DNA from: Styela clava
Lineage: Eukaryota
Reading direction: 5' to 3'
Assembly (NCBI RefSeq): GCF_964204865.1
Contig: NC_135253.1
Coordinates: forward strand, 6,634,001 to 6,698,000
Length of the DNA: 64,000 nucleotides
The notes below the pieces were generated by a model, which saw only the letters and a program-made list of their open reading frames with translations, was not told the origin of the DNA and did no database searches. Each line of letters starts with the position of its first letter. Within the stretch, counting starts at the first letter, position 1. Of this stretch, positions 49,313 through 62,900 are shown piece after piece. Position numbers and translations under genes: made by a program.

Positions 49313-50720
49313 TTTATTCATATATTTTTAAAATTTTGTTGAATTGATACTACAGTCAGGTCAAATATATACTGCCTTTAAGAATGTTGGGCTACGAAAC
49401 TAGCTGAATTACTAGCAAACCTTCTGTTGTAATATGTTGAAGATCCGTTGTTATTTTATATTAAATTACTACACAAAGAAAAACAGATATTTTACTGATC
49501 TCCTAGATATATATACGTAAATACTATATTATATAAATGTCATGTTGAAGAAAGACCGGCTTATTATTCAAATTATGTTACAATCACGCTGATTTTAATT
49601 TTATGAAAAAAAGTGTAGAAGTTTATCCCCAAATCCTCAGTAGATTAAACTTTTTGGGCCAGGTATGGCCATTGATAGATCAAAAACCCAGATATAGCCA
49701 ATAGATCAAAAACCTATTGTCACAGGCCTTGCATGCTTGAGTGGGATATTGTTAGGGGCATGCATGCGAGTCTGACCATGACTTTGATTAATTTGTGACA
49801 TGTAACGCCGTCAATTTGATTAAAAGGAACTAATAAAGGCAGATTTCATGACTTTAAAATTATTTTAAAGAAAATATGGGCGGGAATTGTTGCTTAAGGT
49901 TCGATCAAGGATTCATTCCGCCCATTATTCCAACGGGTTTTCCAAGTAGTTATGAGTTCCATGAAGGCAACAAGTGCAGGTAAGCAACCTAATCATTTCG
50001 CGATGTTATTGCATCGTAACTTTAGTAGTAAATAATTATATTTATGACATATGATGGAACACAGAACCAGGTCATGGAAAGCGCGACATGACCTACAACG
50101 GTGACAGAGTAAACCATGATCACATGAGAAAAAAGAAATTTATTAAGGTTATGGCAACGAGATAAAAAAGTAAAACGAAAACATTACTTGAAGATAATGA
50201 TGCAGTGAGTAAGGCTGTCTAACTTAGTTCATAGTACTTGTGTTCTATTGAAACATACAAGATTCATTTTGCTTAAACCACACAAACCAAAATGAATACC
50301 AATCGAGCTTAGTCGAAACAATAAATTTTCTTTATCGACGAATAAAATTGTCCATCAAATAATAAATTCTCTACAACGATATTTACTTTGTACCACCGTG
50401 TGTAGACCTACTCCAAAACGCCGAACTGAGAATAATGTTTTGTTCCTTACGATATATCAATTGTCTGCGACTGACTCAGGTGGTAATATTTATATTTGAT
50501 GTCTTTCAGATTTCATGCTAAAATATAATGACTGGCGCTTGACTTGACAAAGAAATTGGTTCCTGAGAAGCAAATGAAGTTACCGTATCATATATATTTT
50601 AAACTGGGAGGCTTTATGTTGACTTTCGTAACATTACAACAATCACATAGGGGAAAATTTGACCAACACCGCTATACCATAAATATATTATTATGTTTAT
50701 GAGTGTCGCGGGGTTAAATG

Positions 50721-53152
50721 TCATGTTGCAGACGAACTTCCACTTTCGCCATCTTTTTCATCATCTTCATCAAACCCTTTCAGATTATCTTTATGTTTTC
50801 TTTCCCCCTTATACAAACAACTTTTTAACATTTCATTTGCTTCGTGTAGTTCTTTGAGTCGTTTTTCAGTGGCAGCCATCCAAACTCCGTATTTTTCTCC
50901 CCATTCCTTTTTTATCTGTTGAAAATAGGAAAATAATATTTTTTACTATAATTTCGTGGGCTATTCACAGTAATTGAGTATGTGTTGTGTGTTGATTAAG
51001 GAAATAGCGCTTTCAGCTAACAAAGGCATTTGCTTTATATATACTTTGTACCAGCGGTTAGCAAGCTGGGGACGTCGAGTCTATTGCGGCCCGCAACTAT
51101 AATAATTTTTTCGGAGTTTCGAAAATCTCATGTCCTACTTGTCCCATGTGTCTCACTCCCCCCCTTGTCTTCATTTGAATTAATTCAATACTATTGTAAT
51201 GAAATAACTCATATATACACCAATTTTCACAACTTTGGAACAAGTAGGTCACGTGGAGCAAGTGGGACACGTAGAGTAAGTGAGACAAGTGAGATAAGTA
51301 GAACGAGTAGGAAAAGTGGGATACGTGGGGCAAATGAGACACTTGGGACATTTTTGAGACACCCGTTATACGGCGTTCGTACTGTAGTAGCCTAATTACC
51401 GATGCGGTACCGGAAGTGTGCATATTTGGCCCACTAGTACATAATAAATACACTAAAATAGGTGTGGTGGGATATTGATAATATTTTGCTGAATATTATC
51501 TATCTAGATTTTACATGCATGCCCACCTCACCAAAGATGACAAAATCGGGCAAAATGACTGTGATAAAATAGCCTCGTTCGTATCCATAGTCGCGATAAA
51601 ACTTTGAAATGTAATAGGTCTTACTTCTACTTTGTATTTTTCTTCTCTTTCCGTCCATTGCGCTTCTTTAACACTTAACTCCAGGTATAAAGTTTCAATC
51701 TTTTCACGAAGAAATGCGTTGTCGTTTGTCAATTTTGTAATATGCCCTTCTCGATCTCTGAATAAATCGGTGATCAAGAAGATAAGATTTGTGGTATTGT
51801 TGACATTCATGTCATGTCAAAAAGGTGTCTTGTCGTTAGCAGACCGGGCGTCAAAACTAGCCTCGCCCGCCGTTCGGTTTTGGCATTATTAGTACACGAA
51901 ATACCCCAAAATTGTTGATTCAATACCAAGTTTTCACGGGCAAATATCTGGAAGTCAAACTCTAAGACAAACAAAATAATTTCTTACGTATTTTCCCTGC
52001 CTTTGTGTTCTTCTTGCATTGCTTTTATTTCTAATCGTTCGCGAAGTCTTTCAAGTTCGGTTGATAAATCTTCAGCCTCTGCTGTCTTCTCTCGAACTTT
52101 GGCTTTGCATTTCCCCAGTTCAATTTCATGATTCATCTGAAGACTATTCACATCAGCTTCTAGCCTAAAAAAAGTTTATATAGAAACTTGTTAGTACCTG
52201 TCACTGAATATACACATTCGACTAATTCTAATAGGTTCTTTGTAGCATTTATCACGGGAGTCACTTTAAAATTTGTTCTCAGCATAGATCCCATCACTCT
52301 TGGGGGTTTTTGTGACTTTACTTTGATCAAATATTTATGCGGTTAATCCGAACATTTCTGAGTTATTAATTAAAAAATTTACTCGTGATATTTTTTCTTC
52401 CACATTTCGCTCTGTTCTTCTGTTTTATGTTTTGCTAAATCTTTATTTTTTAATTCCTCTTTAAAATCGGACAGTTCTTTTTTTAAAGCAGCATATCTTG
52501 CTTCAGAATCTGATAATTTCTTCTCCAGCTCTTTATATTTAGACGTTTCAACTCCCACAGGCCTTCCTAGAGTCGGTTCTCCCACATGTATGACTTCTCT
52601 TTCTCGTTTCAAAATAGTATTATTTTTCGCTTTTCGAAGTTCATCCAAACGCTGAAACCATATTAAAGAATTAAATTATTTAGAAATGTTCACATAGTTT
52701 TGTTCGCTATAATATTTTGAAATATCCTGGGTTCACCTTATCATATTGGACTCTGGTATAATCAACATCACTTTAGAAAACGACTGTTCTGAGACAGATA
52801 TTGTCACCACGATTATTTAAGATAGACTAATACAAATCATGCCGAGGAAAGGGAATAAAAATGAAGTCTCAAAGTATACCTATAACTTGTTTATAAATCT
52901 AATAAATATACTGGTGCCTTTCATAGGTACATGATGTCAATTTTAGCTAAGTCACATTGTGCACTTTAAATCGTGTAAAATGGCATTTACGGCCTCCACC
53001 ATTATATTGAGACTAACAAATATCTATGTAGCAAATAACGTATATCTCACAGCTTTTAGAGTTCCGACTTCTCCTTCTAAATCTTTGATTCTGTTTTTCA
53101 ATACCGTTACATTTTGATCAGTTGGATTTCTGCGTGCTGAATTTCTCGACAT
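50721..53152 (-). CDS. Uncharacterised coiled-coil protein, 5 coding exons, 291 aa
   Basis: Exons 53152-53051, 52651-52383, 52164-51988, 51757-51625, 50915-50721. All introns GT-AG, phases 0,2,2,0, total 876 nt from ATG to TGA. MSRNSARRNPTDQNVTVLKNRIKDLEGEVGTLKA|RLDELRKAKNNTILKREREVIHVG...LELSVKEAQWTEREEKYKVE|IKKEWGEKYGVWMAATEKRLKELHEANEML...SSAT*. Confidence 0.9.
51112..51365. mobile_element. MITE family C copy in the last intron of the minus-strand gene
   Basis: Ends CGGAGTTTCGAAAAT / ATTTTTGAGACACCCG; 9-bp units on opposite strands at the two ends. Explains spurious ORFs 51030-51395 and 51097-51453. Confidence 0.7.
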
Positions 53153-54232
53153 CGTAGATTTATCGAGTAGCTATTTTATATTCTTTGAAACTTCTCAATA
53201 CTATATTGTGTGAAATATTACAAATATTTAACGATAGTAACGTCACAATGACAGATGCATTGAATTGACCAATGATGAAAATCTTGCAATTGCAGTAATG
53301 AAGAGATTAGTTTTGCTCGATATATATATATTGTTCAGTCCAATATAGACTATTAGAAGCGATGTAGGTGGGGTAAAATCTATTTCAGTAATTTTGTATA
53401 CAAACTTTGCAGCATGCTAACAATCTTCTTACTGAATGCTCTCCCACACTTTGTCCACAACTACTAATCTCGCGGTCCTTTATTTTCTGTTTTTCCTAAG
53501 TGCTCCCCGATTCCAATTGAAATTAAATAACAGCATTATAATTTGGATTCGTAGAAAAGCAACAACCAGGCATATACTCTTATTTTGTCGACAGACGTTC
53601 CACTTTACCCGCTTCTTGAGTGGGGGCGTTGGTAATGCCAAACCCTCTACAATCAAGGTGCTATCCTGGTTGATTGAATAGAATATTTTACTCAACTGAA
53701 TCTAGATTAACTCTACAACCAGGTTGCTTGACAAACACCGCGAAGCTGTTTATCCAAGGTTTATTAAATCACAGTTGATCGCTAAACAAAGAAGAAGCTA
53801 CGCGCCACGAAAACAAGAATGTTGCGAACTAAGCCTACACACTATCTAAGAATAAACATTGAAACTTGAGAGTGCGCAAAGTGTATTCAATATGAAAAGA
53901 ACTTCTGGCGGTTTAAGCCATTCAACACTCGATCATAATTGTGAGCAGAAGTGTGATCCTATAAGGTTGAGTTAATAATCGATAAATGTAAGGACCATCT
54001 TTGACTGAGACCATCGTCTGAAGTGGTCGACTGTTCTAATAGAAAATGAAGCCTGCTGAAATGCTTTGTCATTCTTTATGTGGTAATCTTATGGGGATAT
54101 TCCGTTACAACTTAATCTCTTGATTATGGTGGCTTTTATATACCTTGTTCAAACCGGAGGAATATTATAATAACCAACTACAACGATCCCTATAAGTTAC
54201 ATGAAACTGCCCTTCTATCTATTACCAGAAAA

Positions 54233-54433
54233 CGGTTCCATTACATTTGAACCCACGTACATTTGAACCCATGACAATTGCACCTGTATGCTATTGCATC
54301 TATGGAATTTTTTTTTTCCGGATAGTTGAACTCATACTAACCCTAACCCATGGGTTTTAGCACCCGCATATAGATTGAACCCGTGGATATACACATGGGT
54401 TCAAATGTACGTGGGTTCAAATGTACGGTCACC
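54233..54433 (-). mobile_element. MITE family A, second copy
   Basis: Perfect 8-bp TSD CCAGAAAA (54225-54232, 54434-54441); internal CTAACCCTAACCC. Confidence 0.9.
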
Positions 54434-55139
54434 CCAGAAAACATATACGCAGCTATCAATATGCTGGATACACAGATAACATAACGATGTTCATATCAAA
54501 AGCAGTTACCGGTATTTTAATTAAGATATGAAAACCATGTCCAAATAATTCACGAATTGGAATGTAGTTTCACTATATTATATATTTTACGTATGGCAAA
54601 GCAATAATGCAATGCCGTATCTCGTGTTCAAGGACGACTACATCACAACCGTCCGAATAATAGTATAAATAGCGACAAAGACATAACTTAGCATTAATGA
54701 GAAATATCGTTTGAAAGGTATAATATATATATAGTGTCCAATAGGTATTTTGTAGAGTTTCCCACAGTTGTATGACCCAAGCGAATGAGGCATTTACCTA
54801 ATTAGAATTGTTGGTAAGTATATGAATCTTTTCTATTGTCTAATTCTTGTAACGGACGAGAAACGTGCGCTTTTATAGTGTCACTCTTTCATATATATAT
54901 ATACATACGGTATATATATATATTTTTTTCTTTTGTTGAAATTAAGTTATCAGTCCTAATGGTACGCAATGCAACCCAAATACAATATACGAGTCGGATA
55001 AATATTGAAAACCTAATTCTTATCTCGGCTACTTCCTTTTACAAATTTGACGGAGGAAAAGAACTGCAAAATGTTCTTTCTAGGGTTACATAAACAATTA
55101 ATCAAATAAATTACGTATTTGAGATATTTTGTTTCATTC

Positions 55140-55320
55140 GTTTAAATCATAGTATATATATAATTGTTTTAGTTTATGTCCCATATATATATAAAATTAT
55201 TTTATTTTTTTATTTTTTTATTATTTTTTTTTTTTATTATTATATTATTATATTATTATATTCGTCATTTTTATTTAAAAAAAATTATAATCTGTATTAA
55301 ATATTTTTTCAGAAAAATCA
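55140..55320. repeat. AT low-complexity tract
   Basis: Runs of T, TTA and TA with very little G or C. Confidence 0.8.
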
Positions 55321-58300
55321 GAATATTTTGTTTGAGCTTTTATCAGAGATCGACGCTACAGGAAAATTAGGCCACGAATGTTTTATTCTATAGCACAGAG
55401 ATTTACAAAATATGACTATGAAATACATCTGTATATCTATATGTCGGTAGAAGAACGTTGAGCTTTGAAATGTAATCAAACATGAAAACATATATTACCA
55501 TTTCTTTGGTGCTCATAGTGAAGCTTCACTCTGTATTTGATGTATTGTGCATTCTAAATTATATTCAGCGTGTGAATTATATAACGTTTTTAGACATTTA
55601 AAAATACATAAAAAATTTGCTTATGTATATATATATATATGAAAAGTTTCCGTCTTCTATGTCAAGCTATAGTGTCAGGAATTTTGTATGACGTAGTCTT
55701 TCTGAATCAAAATGGTATGGATGGTTTGATTTTTTACTGTTCTACTGTAAAACACCGCACCGTTAAACAAGAACTTGTGCACTTATTCCCCCATAAAAAT
55801 CTTAAAAAAAGTTGACATGATATAAAATCAGAATTTACTAGTGATCTCTTTTCGAAAGAAAATTTTAGTTAGTACAAGTATAGAGGGTCAACATAGAGGG
55901 TTATCATTCTCTGTGGTACAAAAATGTGGCCTTCATCTTACGATAATCAAACGTAAGTGGATATCACTGATTTTCTTGGTTGTATCCGTAACAATGGCTT
56001 ATCAGCAATACGATAACTGTGACGTAATATTCCAAACTTGGTCACAATCTCCGGCACTTTTCTCATGCGGACATACTTTTTGAGCATAGTAGGTAAACAA
56101 TCTCTTTGGTGGCCTGCGGTTGGGGACTGTATATCGACTGTCTAAAAAGAGGCCAGTGCTGTGTGACCGAGCAATGAGCATACACCAAATTATGCTATCA
56201 CAATATGTTTACTCGCCAAAGCGGGCGGTGCCTGTGGGGCGAAATTCTTTGAGTAGTCTATCTTGCATTAGCAGCTAATGTTAGATGTTGGAAACCTGCT
56301 TAGGCCCAGCAGTTTAAGGTAGATTTTGCAGATGAAGAAATAATTGACGGGTGGACTAAAAATTTTATGATTTGGTATGCTTGTATCACAAGTACTCTTT
56401 TCTAGATGCTTGGCTAGGTTTGCCACAATTTGACCACATTCTGAACCAGGAATCAAAATGATGTAAATAGTAACATAGCTAGCGTTAGGATGCTACTTTC
56501 ATCGATCCAATTGGTGCAGAAATCTTGTAGTGTTTCTCGTTAACTAGGTAGGCCAAGAAGTCTTATCGTAGCTTACAGGGATTGTACGCAGTTACTTTTC
56601 TCTTTTTTTAAAGATTTTTTGGGGTTTTTAGCAAACGTTGTCACCAAACATTCAAGTCAGAAGTTTCAGACTATTATTCTTTTAGAATTTGGTCGAAGAA
56701 TGTAAATTCTTTGAACTTTAGGACTGGCACTTTATATCTCCTAAGCACGGAGACTCGAATATACCATCTAACATTTTGTATCAATAATTACACATTGACT
56801 AACAGTTTGATCCGTTTATTTAATATAATATTTATTGCAGTCGAATTCCTTTATACCATTTTCACCACAAAAACAGGTCTCTAACATGAATAAATTTTTC
56901 AAAGCGGGAAAATTACAAACTCATGAATGCATCAATATCCATTATTATTCAGTTAAACTATAACATAGCTGTCCATTTGTATAGCAACAACGGCTATTTA
57001 TACCTGTAATATGTAATTTTGTTTGGTATGTCGGTGGAGACAATATAATGACTAAGCCACATACTACATGTTTTATTGTCCAATCGCGAAAATACTGTTC
57101 ATTTACAAATATTGCAAAGGGATGGTTTTTCTGTTGAATATGATTCCCAACACAATCGCCTTTGTCGGCAATGTCACCGCATCTTTATGCTATTACGAAA
57201 CGGTCTTCTTCAGAATTTTTGCTGTACCAAAAGATACATGTTTAGTTGAATCGTTTACTTTGAGATGTCGGTAGATTTATTGTTTTGTTTGGTAGTCAAC
57301 TGGTGACAAAAGAACATTTGTTTGTACATGACGTCTTACAAGTTATTCGCAGTCTGCGTCCCGCAAATATTGATGAACTAATAAAAGTTTGTCTATTTGC
57401 TAGGCAATAATGTCCGAGGTGGATAGAAGTGGCTTAACACAGGTATCCGATATTTCAATTCAAAATTCTTATAGAGATTATGGCAACTTGAAACAATTCA
57501 ATCATCCATGGTTTCGCAAATTCAATGAGACTAGTTTATTGTAAACAAGATATCGCATTACAACAATCAGTTCATATGATTCGTTTCAAACCGATCTTTT
57601 TGAAATGGTTACGGCAGGTGTGGGGATTGAATGCAAGTACAGATTTTCAGTTCTAACTTCTCTAGTATAATAGTGAAGCGAACAATTTTACCAGTGTCGC
57701 AGCAATGTAAAGTCTTTTCCAGTTACCACTAAGTGAGTAAGGTAAAGGACATAATATCCGCTTGCAGTAAGACTCAATTTGCCAACAAGATTGAAGAGTT
57801 TTGAGCCATACACGAAATCACTTACTGTTCTATACGCACTACTCATTTGTGATAGATATATGCTTACTATGTCAGCAATATTATTTTTAAATCGCACTTG
57901 CCGGCGTTATACGTAATGTACATTTTTCTTCCACTATACTGTTTTTGTTATACCACGAATGTACCGTACGTATATGAGTAACCTCTGAGTGTTCTTGAAT
58001 GTGGACGGGTTCTATTCCACTTTTATTTCAGTCGTATATAATATTATGAATAGGTTATCTGTGACATTTATTTTAAACTGACCAACTGACCAAAAAATAT
58101 TGCCTTGTTGTTTGATAGAAGACTGATGATAAATGATTGAAGTATTTTCTACGAGTCGGAATATATGAATTTTTAATGAGGTTGAAGGATATCGACAAAG
58201 ATAACGATTGGTGGACTATTTACGCGAAATGTATTTGGAGTCAGTTTTACATTAGTTGGCGATCTTAATTACATTGCTTTGTGTTGAGCTTATGTTTTTA

Positions 58301-59309
58301 TCACAATAGAACCAGAGAGTGTCGTTCAAAGCATTGTCAGAAGTTCTGACCGGCGAGCAAAAATATTACATTTGTAGTCACAACTAAAATTGTTCGTTAC
58401 AAGACTTGCAACAGTTCAATTCCTTGCGGTGTAGATCTCAACAGAAGCGAATTAAATCGAGAAATTCGTACAGAAAATTTGTTCCTGTTGATGTCTTGGT
58501 ATAAAAGCCAACAGCTAATCGAAGAAAATGGCAGATTCATAAGTTCCTATGCAAGGAACAAACAGTAGAACAAGGTTTATTGTCTGGTTATAGTCTACAA
58601 AAGTTGAAGATAGATTTTGTGAAAATGGAAAAGCTTGGCGCCGATTTTAAGTTATCATAATCTATGAACGAACGGAAGTTCGACTTGGTTTAAGTGGGAG
58701 AATGATTTTTCAGGGCGAGTCCTTAATATTTAAATTGGAGTGGTATCTAGGCTCAATGGGGATTGAATAATCATGTTATAAACGCCATAAAACATTAAAC
58801 AACAACAACAAATCCTAATCAGACGATTGTTATAAATTGCTGTTTTTTTTTCATTTAGATTGACTTGATTCAAGTTAATACAGTTGAAAGTCGTAGATAA
58901 GTTATATAAGAGTCTGTCAAAAGAAATTTTTAAAAACTCGTTATGCTATTAAAATTTAGATAATTTGCATCATATCTTTTGTGGCCGTGCACATTTTCAC
59001 AAACGTTCATTTTGACGATACTTGAATTGTTCATTCACTTTTCAGAAGGGCCATCAGCTACGACAAATAATTCACGAATTTAAACTATTTGTACCATCTT
59101 GTCAAGCATGAATTCACTATAAAAAACAACACTTTCCAGTCTGACATAAGCTGTCCTTACTTGTTGTAATATAGTGGACACATATAAGCTTAATTGTACT
59201 CGAAAAGTCGCTGGACCAAGTAGTCTTTGTAATATGTAATGAACGTCAGAGGAATCATTAGCTGTTTAAATGATAGTTGTTAGATGATGATAATATTTTA
59301 TTTTGAACC

Positions 59310-59324
59310 ATTGCTATGGGCAAC
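59310..59324. promoter_or_regulatory. RFX X-box-like motif upstream of the CCDC154-like gene
   Basis: ATTGCT-ATG-GGCAAC compared with the consensus GTTGCY-AT(N)-RGYAAC; about 0.6 kb upstream of ATG 59907. Confidence 0.4.
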
Positions 59325-59906
59325 CATGATTGTACTGATCTGCTATTTGTAAGTTTGTATTGGACTGATGAGCTCGTCTAACTCAGTAGATCCTCGTTTT
59401 TTCTAATTGTAAGCAAAGACAGAGTGTGCCTATATAGTTCTAAGTGCGGGGGTGATGCCAGCCAGAGTGATCTTATCTGCTGAATAATTCATCTCATAAT
59501 ATGTTTAATGCATTTTATGTTCAATTTTAGTATGAAAAATGGGTTCTATGCATGTGAGGAATTTTGTTAATATATTAATGAATATATAGTTTTTATTATC
59601 TCGATAATTAAATATATATAACCTTTTAGTGCGTAATTCATTTCATTGAATTTGCATATTTCTATTTTGTGCTTTAATACCTAGTTTTTCTGGTTTGATA
59701 TAGAATGTTCAATAATCGCACAGTTGAATTTATTATAATTCCACAGTAATAGTAGCATGTGCTGCATTTCTGGCAATTTTAAACAGCTAGCAATAAAAAA
59801 ATACTCATATTTTATTAACAACGGTCTTCATTTTATATTCACAAATATAGATCACGAGTTTACACTAATTCACTTAGCCAGTATCCCACATTTTGGAAAT
59901 TTACCA

Positions 59907-62900
59907 ATGCTAACCAGTGGCGTTATGGTTGGTGGAGGAAATCAGCGTCACCGCGTAGGAGTTTTGCCAGGTCTTCCTGGTACTGCATCTAGTTCGGCAA
60001 ATTATGGTGGGGAGGGACTTCGATCTCCATTACCGCAGCTCGAAGCAAACCATAATAATCAACTCGTACCTCTTAACTCTAAAAATTTGACAACATGGAA
60101 TGGATCAGCGGTATCAGAATTTAGGTGAGTTACGTTATCCACAAAGCTAATTTATCGGCAGATCGTGGACCAAATTTAACAGGATGGACCGACTATTAAA
60201 AATAATATAATTTATTTAAAGTATAAATGCACAGGAGCAGTTTTAATTTTGGGGAGTATAATATTGATGGAATGAGGCGTATGCTTCGATATGCTATGCG
60301 TTTCGAAGACGATTTTTTATGTGAATGTTTAAAACTATTATTTGTATTATTGGAAATTATTATTGCAAATTATATAATATTAGTTTATGCAGGTTAATTG
60401 TGTTTTTCTATTTATATACTTTTATACATATTCTAAAACGTTTATGCATATTTCAATAAAAAACTTGATGAAAGAAAAAATATAGATCATGTGACTTGGA
60501 CTATTTTTTTTTATCTCGTTTCACCAATGTTTGATTTAACCGCTCCGCCCTTTTTGATTACTAATCCGCGATCACAACTACTTTAACATGTCCAATTATT
60601 GGAATACAATGTGATTTATGACTTTCGGTATGAGCCGAAAATAATTGTGTATTTTTCTAAGGTCGCAAGTGTTTCAAAGTTTGATATAGGTGTGATTTGT
60701 CATGTTCTTTCGCAGATCAAGCGGCCAAGATGGATTTACAATGTCTGAACTGAGAAATGTCGTCAATAAAATTTCCGTTATAGAGGAAGCAAACAAAGCA
60801 ATATTAGAAGAAGTAAGTTGTACCTTCAAATCAAATAATACTTATGAAAAGTTTTGACGCGCGGCGGGTGGAAACAGGGTCATTTTATTTAATGAAGGTT
60901 GTACTGACTAAATTTAGAATGCTTATTTAACACCAACCAAGCTTGATTCGACATCCAATTTTATTACAACTATGAACAGGCAAAAAATGAAAGCATGCTT
61001 ATTCAGAGATTAATTACATTTGGCGGTCCCACTGATAGACCACCAACAATAAGATAGTGATATTTCCTCATATTTTTGATTATTTCGTTCGTTGATTGGC
61101 ACAACCATTAGAAGGTACCGTATATGCACAATAGAAGTAGCCTACATTCGGAAGTTTTGAACTAGAATGAGCTTACGGAAAATTACCAGGTTTGTGCACG
61201 AATTAGGTTAAAATTTGCATTCAACTGTCACTCATTGGTAAATGTAAATTTTAGGCAAAAATAAGCATTGCGAATATGAGATATTGAAGTCTATCAAAAT
61301 CATGAGCATGTTTTAAATCTTTCCCTTTTTCAGGTTTATAGATTGCAAACTTCTGTCCGGGCGACTCAATTGGAAAAGAAAGGAGATAAAACAGATGAGA
61401 GAAAGATGCAACACGAATTAATGCAGACTATAAGAGCAAGCAATGACGTCGTCAGTGAGCTGACGTCCCGAATGAGACGAGCGGAAGAAAAATTACACAT
61501 TGACAAAGAAACAAGAAAAAATATGCTAGCACAAACAAAACAATTCGAGCAGGTAAAATACGCGTTTTCGAATCAATCAATCAATCATTTATTCGTTGTC
61601 ACAAAAAACAACAAATGCACAAAAAATTGGTACAGGAAATAAATGTAATGATAATGTTAGTTGTGCCACAGGATTCGCTGGGACCTTGTTAGGTCATCGA
61701 GCAGCGATACCTAAATGGCTTGTCTTATTCCGTGTATTAATTATCTCAAACTTAAACGTATTCTTCATATACAAATCAGGTTAATCGTTTTATAACCATT
61801 CCAGCAGCTGTTTCATGGGGGCAACAAGAGTGATCTGAAATCGAGTTAGTGATCTTCTTTTTTCCGTGCTCACAGGCCCTTCTGAATACTCAACAAGAAT
61901 CCACTTCACAGAGAGAGAAGCAAAAAGCACAAATTGGCGAATTACGTCATCATTATGATGACTTAAACAGAAAATACGACAGAAGTGAAAGAACTTCATC
62001 TACTTTGGTTGATGAATTCAGACAAATGAAAACGAAATTAGAAATACAGGTGGGTTTCTAAAATGTTATAGTCGTCGTAGCCTGATGCCCCATTGAAATT
62101 GGTAGTCAAAATACTATCCTTGCTGGCGTTTGTCATCGTTTTGCATTCATCGAAAAGCCGGTTTTAAAGTAGTCTATCCTGCACCTATGTTTCATTCACA
62201 AAATGTCTGAAAAATACAACTATACCGAATGATATTTATAACAAGTACAAAATAAACCTGAAAATATTCTCATTAACCAGTGCCAACTTTTCTGTTCAAT
62301 TTGTTATTTGAAGTCTTACCTTGTTAGCTTGTTATATTTGTCATATCGGTTCAATTTTCATTCCAGGCAATGGATTTTACACATTTACAAACTGAATTGC
62401 GACAGCGATCAAAACGATTGGAAGAAGACACGAAACAAGCCATGTTGGAAGCTCGATTTCAAAAAGACAACAACAGTCAAGCAGAGCAAAATAGCCTTCA
62501 AACAAGGTACTATATAAATTTGAAATAATTTCCAATATCCACATCCACTGGAATCCAATTTTTTTTCTATAATTGGTAATTCAGCTTGTTTACCCGAGAA
62601 AGCAGCCGCGTAATTTCTTGCTAAGGCTTAGATATGAATTAGTTTATTAAAGACATAAAGCTAACTTTTGTGCTCTTGAATTCGGTGTTAAGTGATTTCC
62701 ATTAGGATATGCTCAATCCACATATATGCAATTCCAATTGTGTTTTGCCAATATGTGCCTTTGTGAGTCAGTCCCTCAACAAACTATCAGACTGGTATAT
62801 ATTTGGAATTATTTGTCTGATTACTATTACCCGGCTGAACGTGTTTTTTTAATTTTCAGACAATTCTTTGAAGTACGTATCAACGAGCTTCGTGACGTCA

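Noticed and set aside
51030-51453. Overlapping 121-aa and 118-aa ORFs
   Set aside because: Produced by the 9-bp tandem units of MITE family C inside an intron.
55176-55370. Hydrophobic 64-aa ORF
   Set aside because: AT low-complexity tract.
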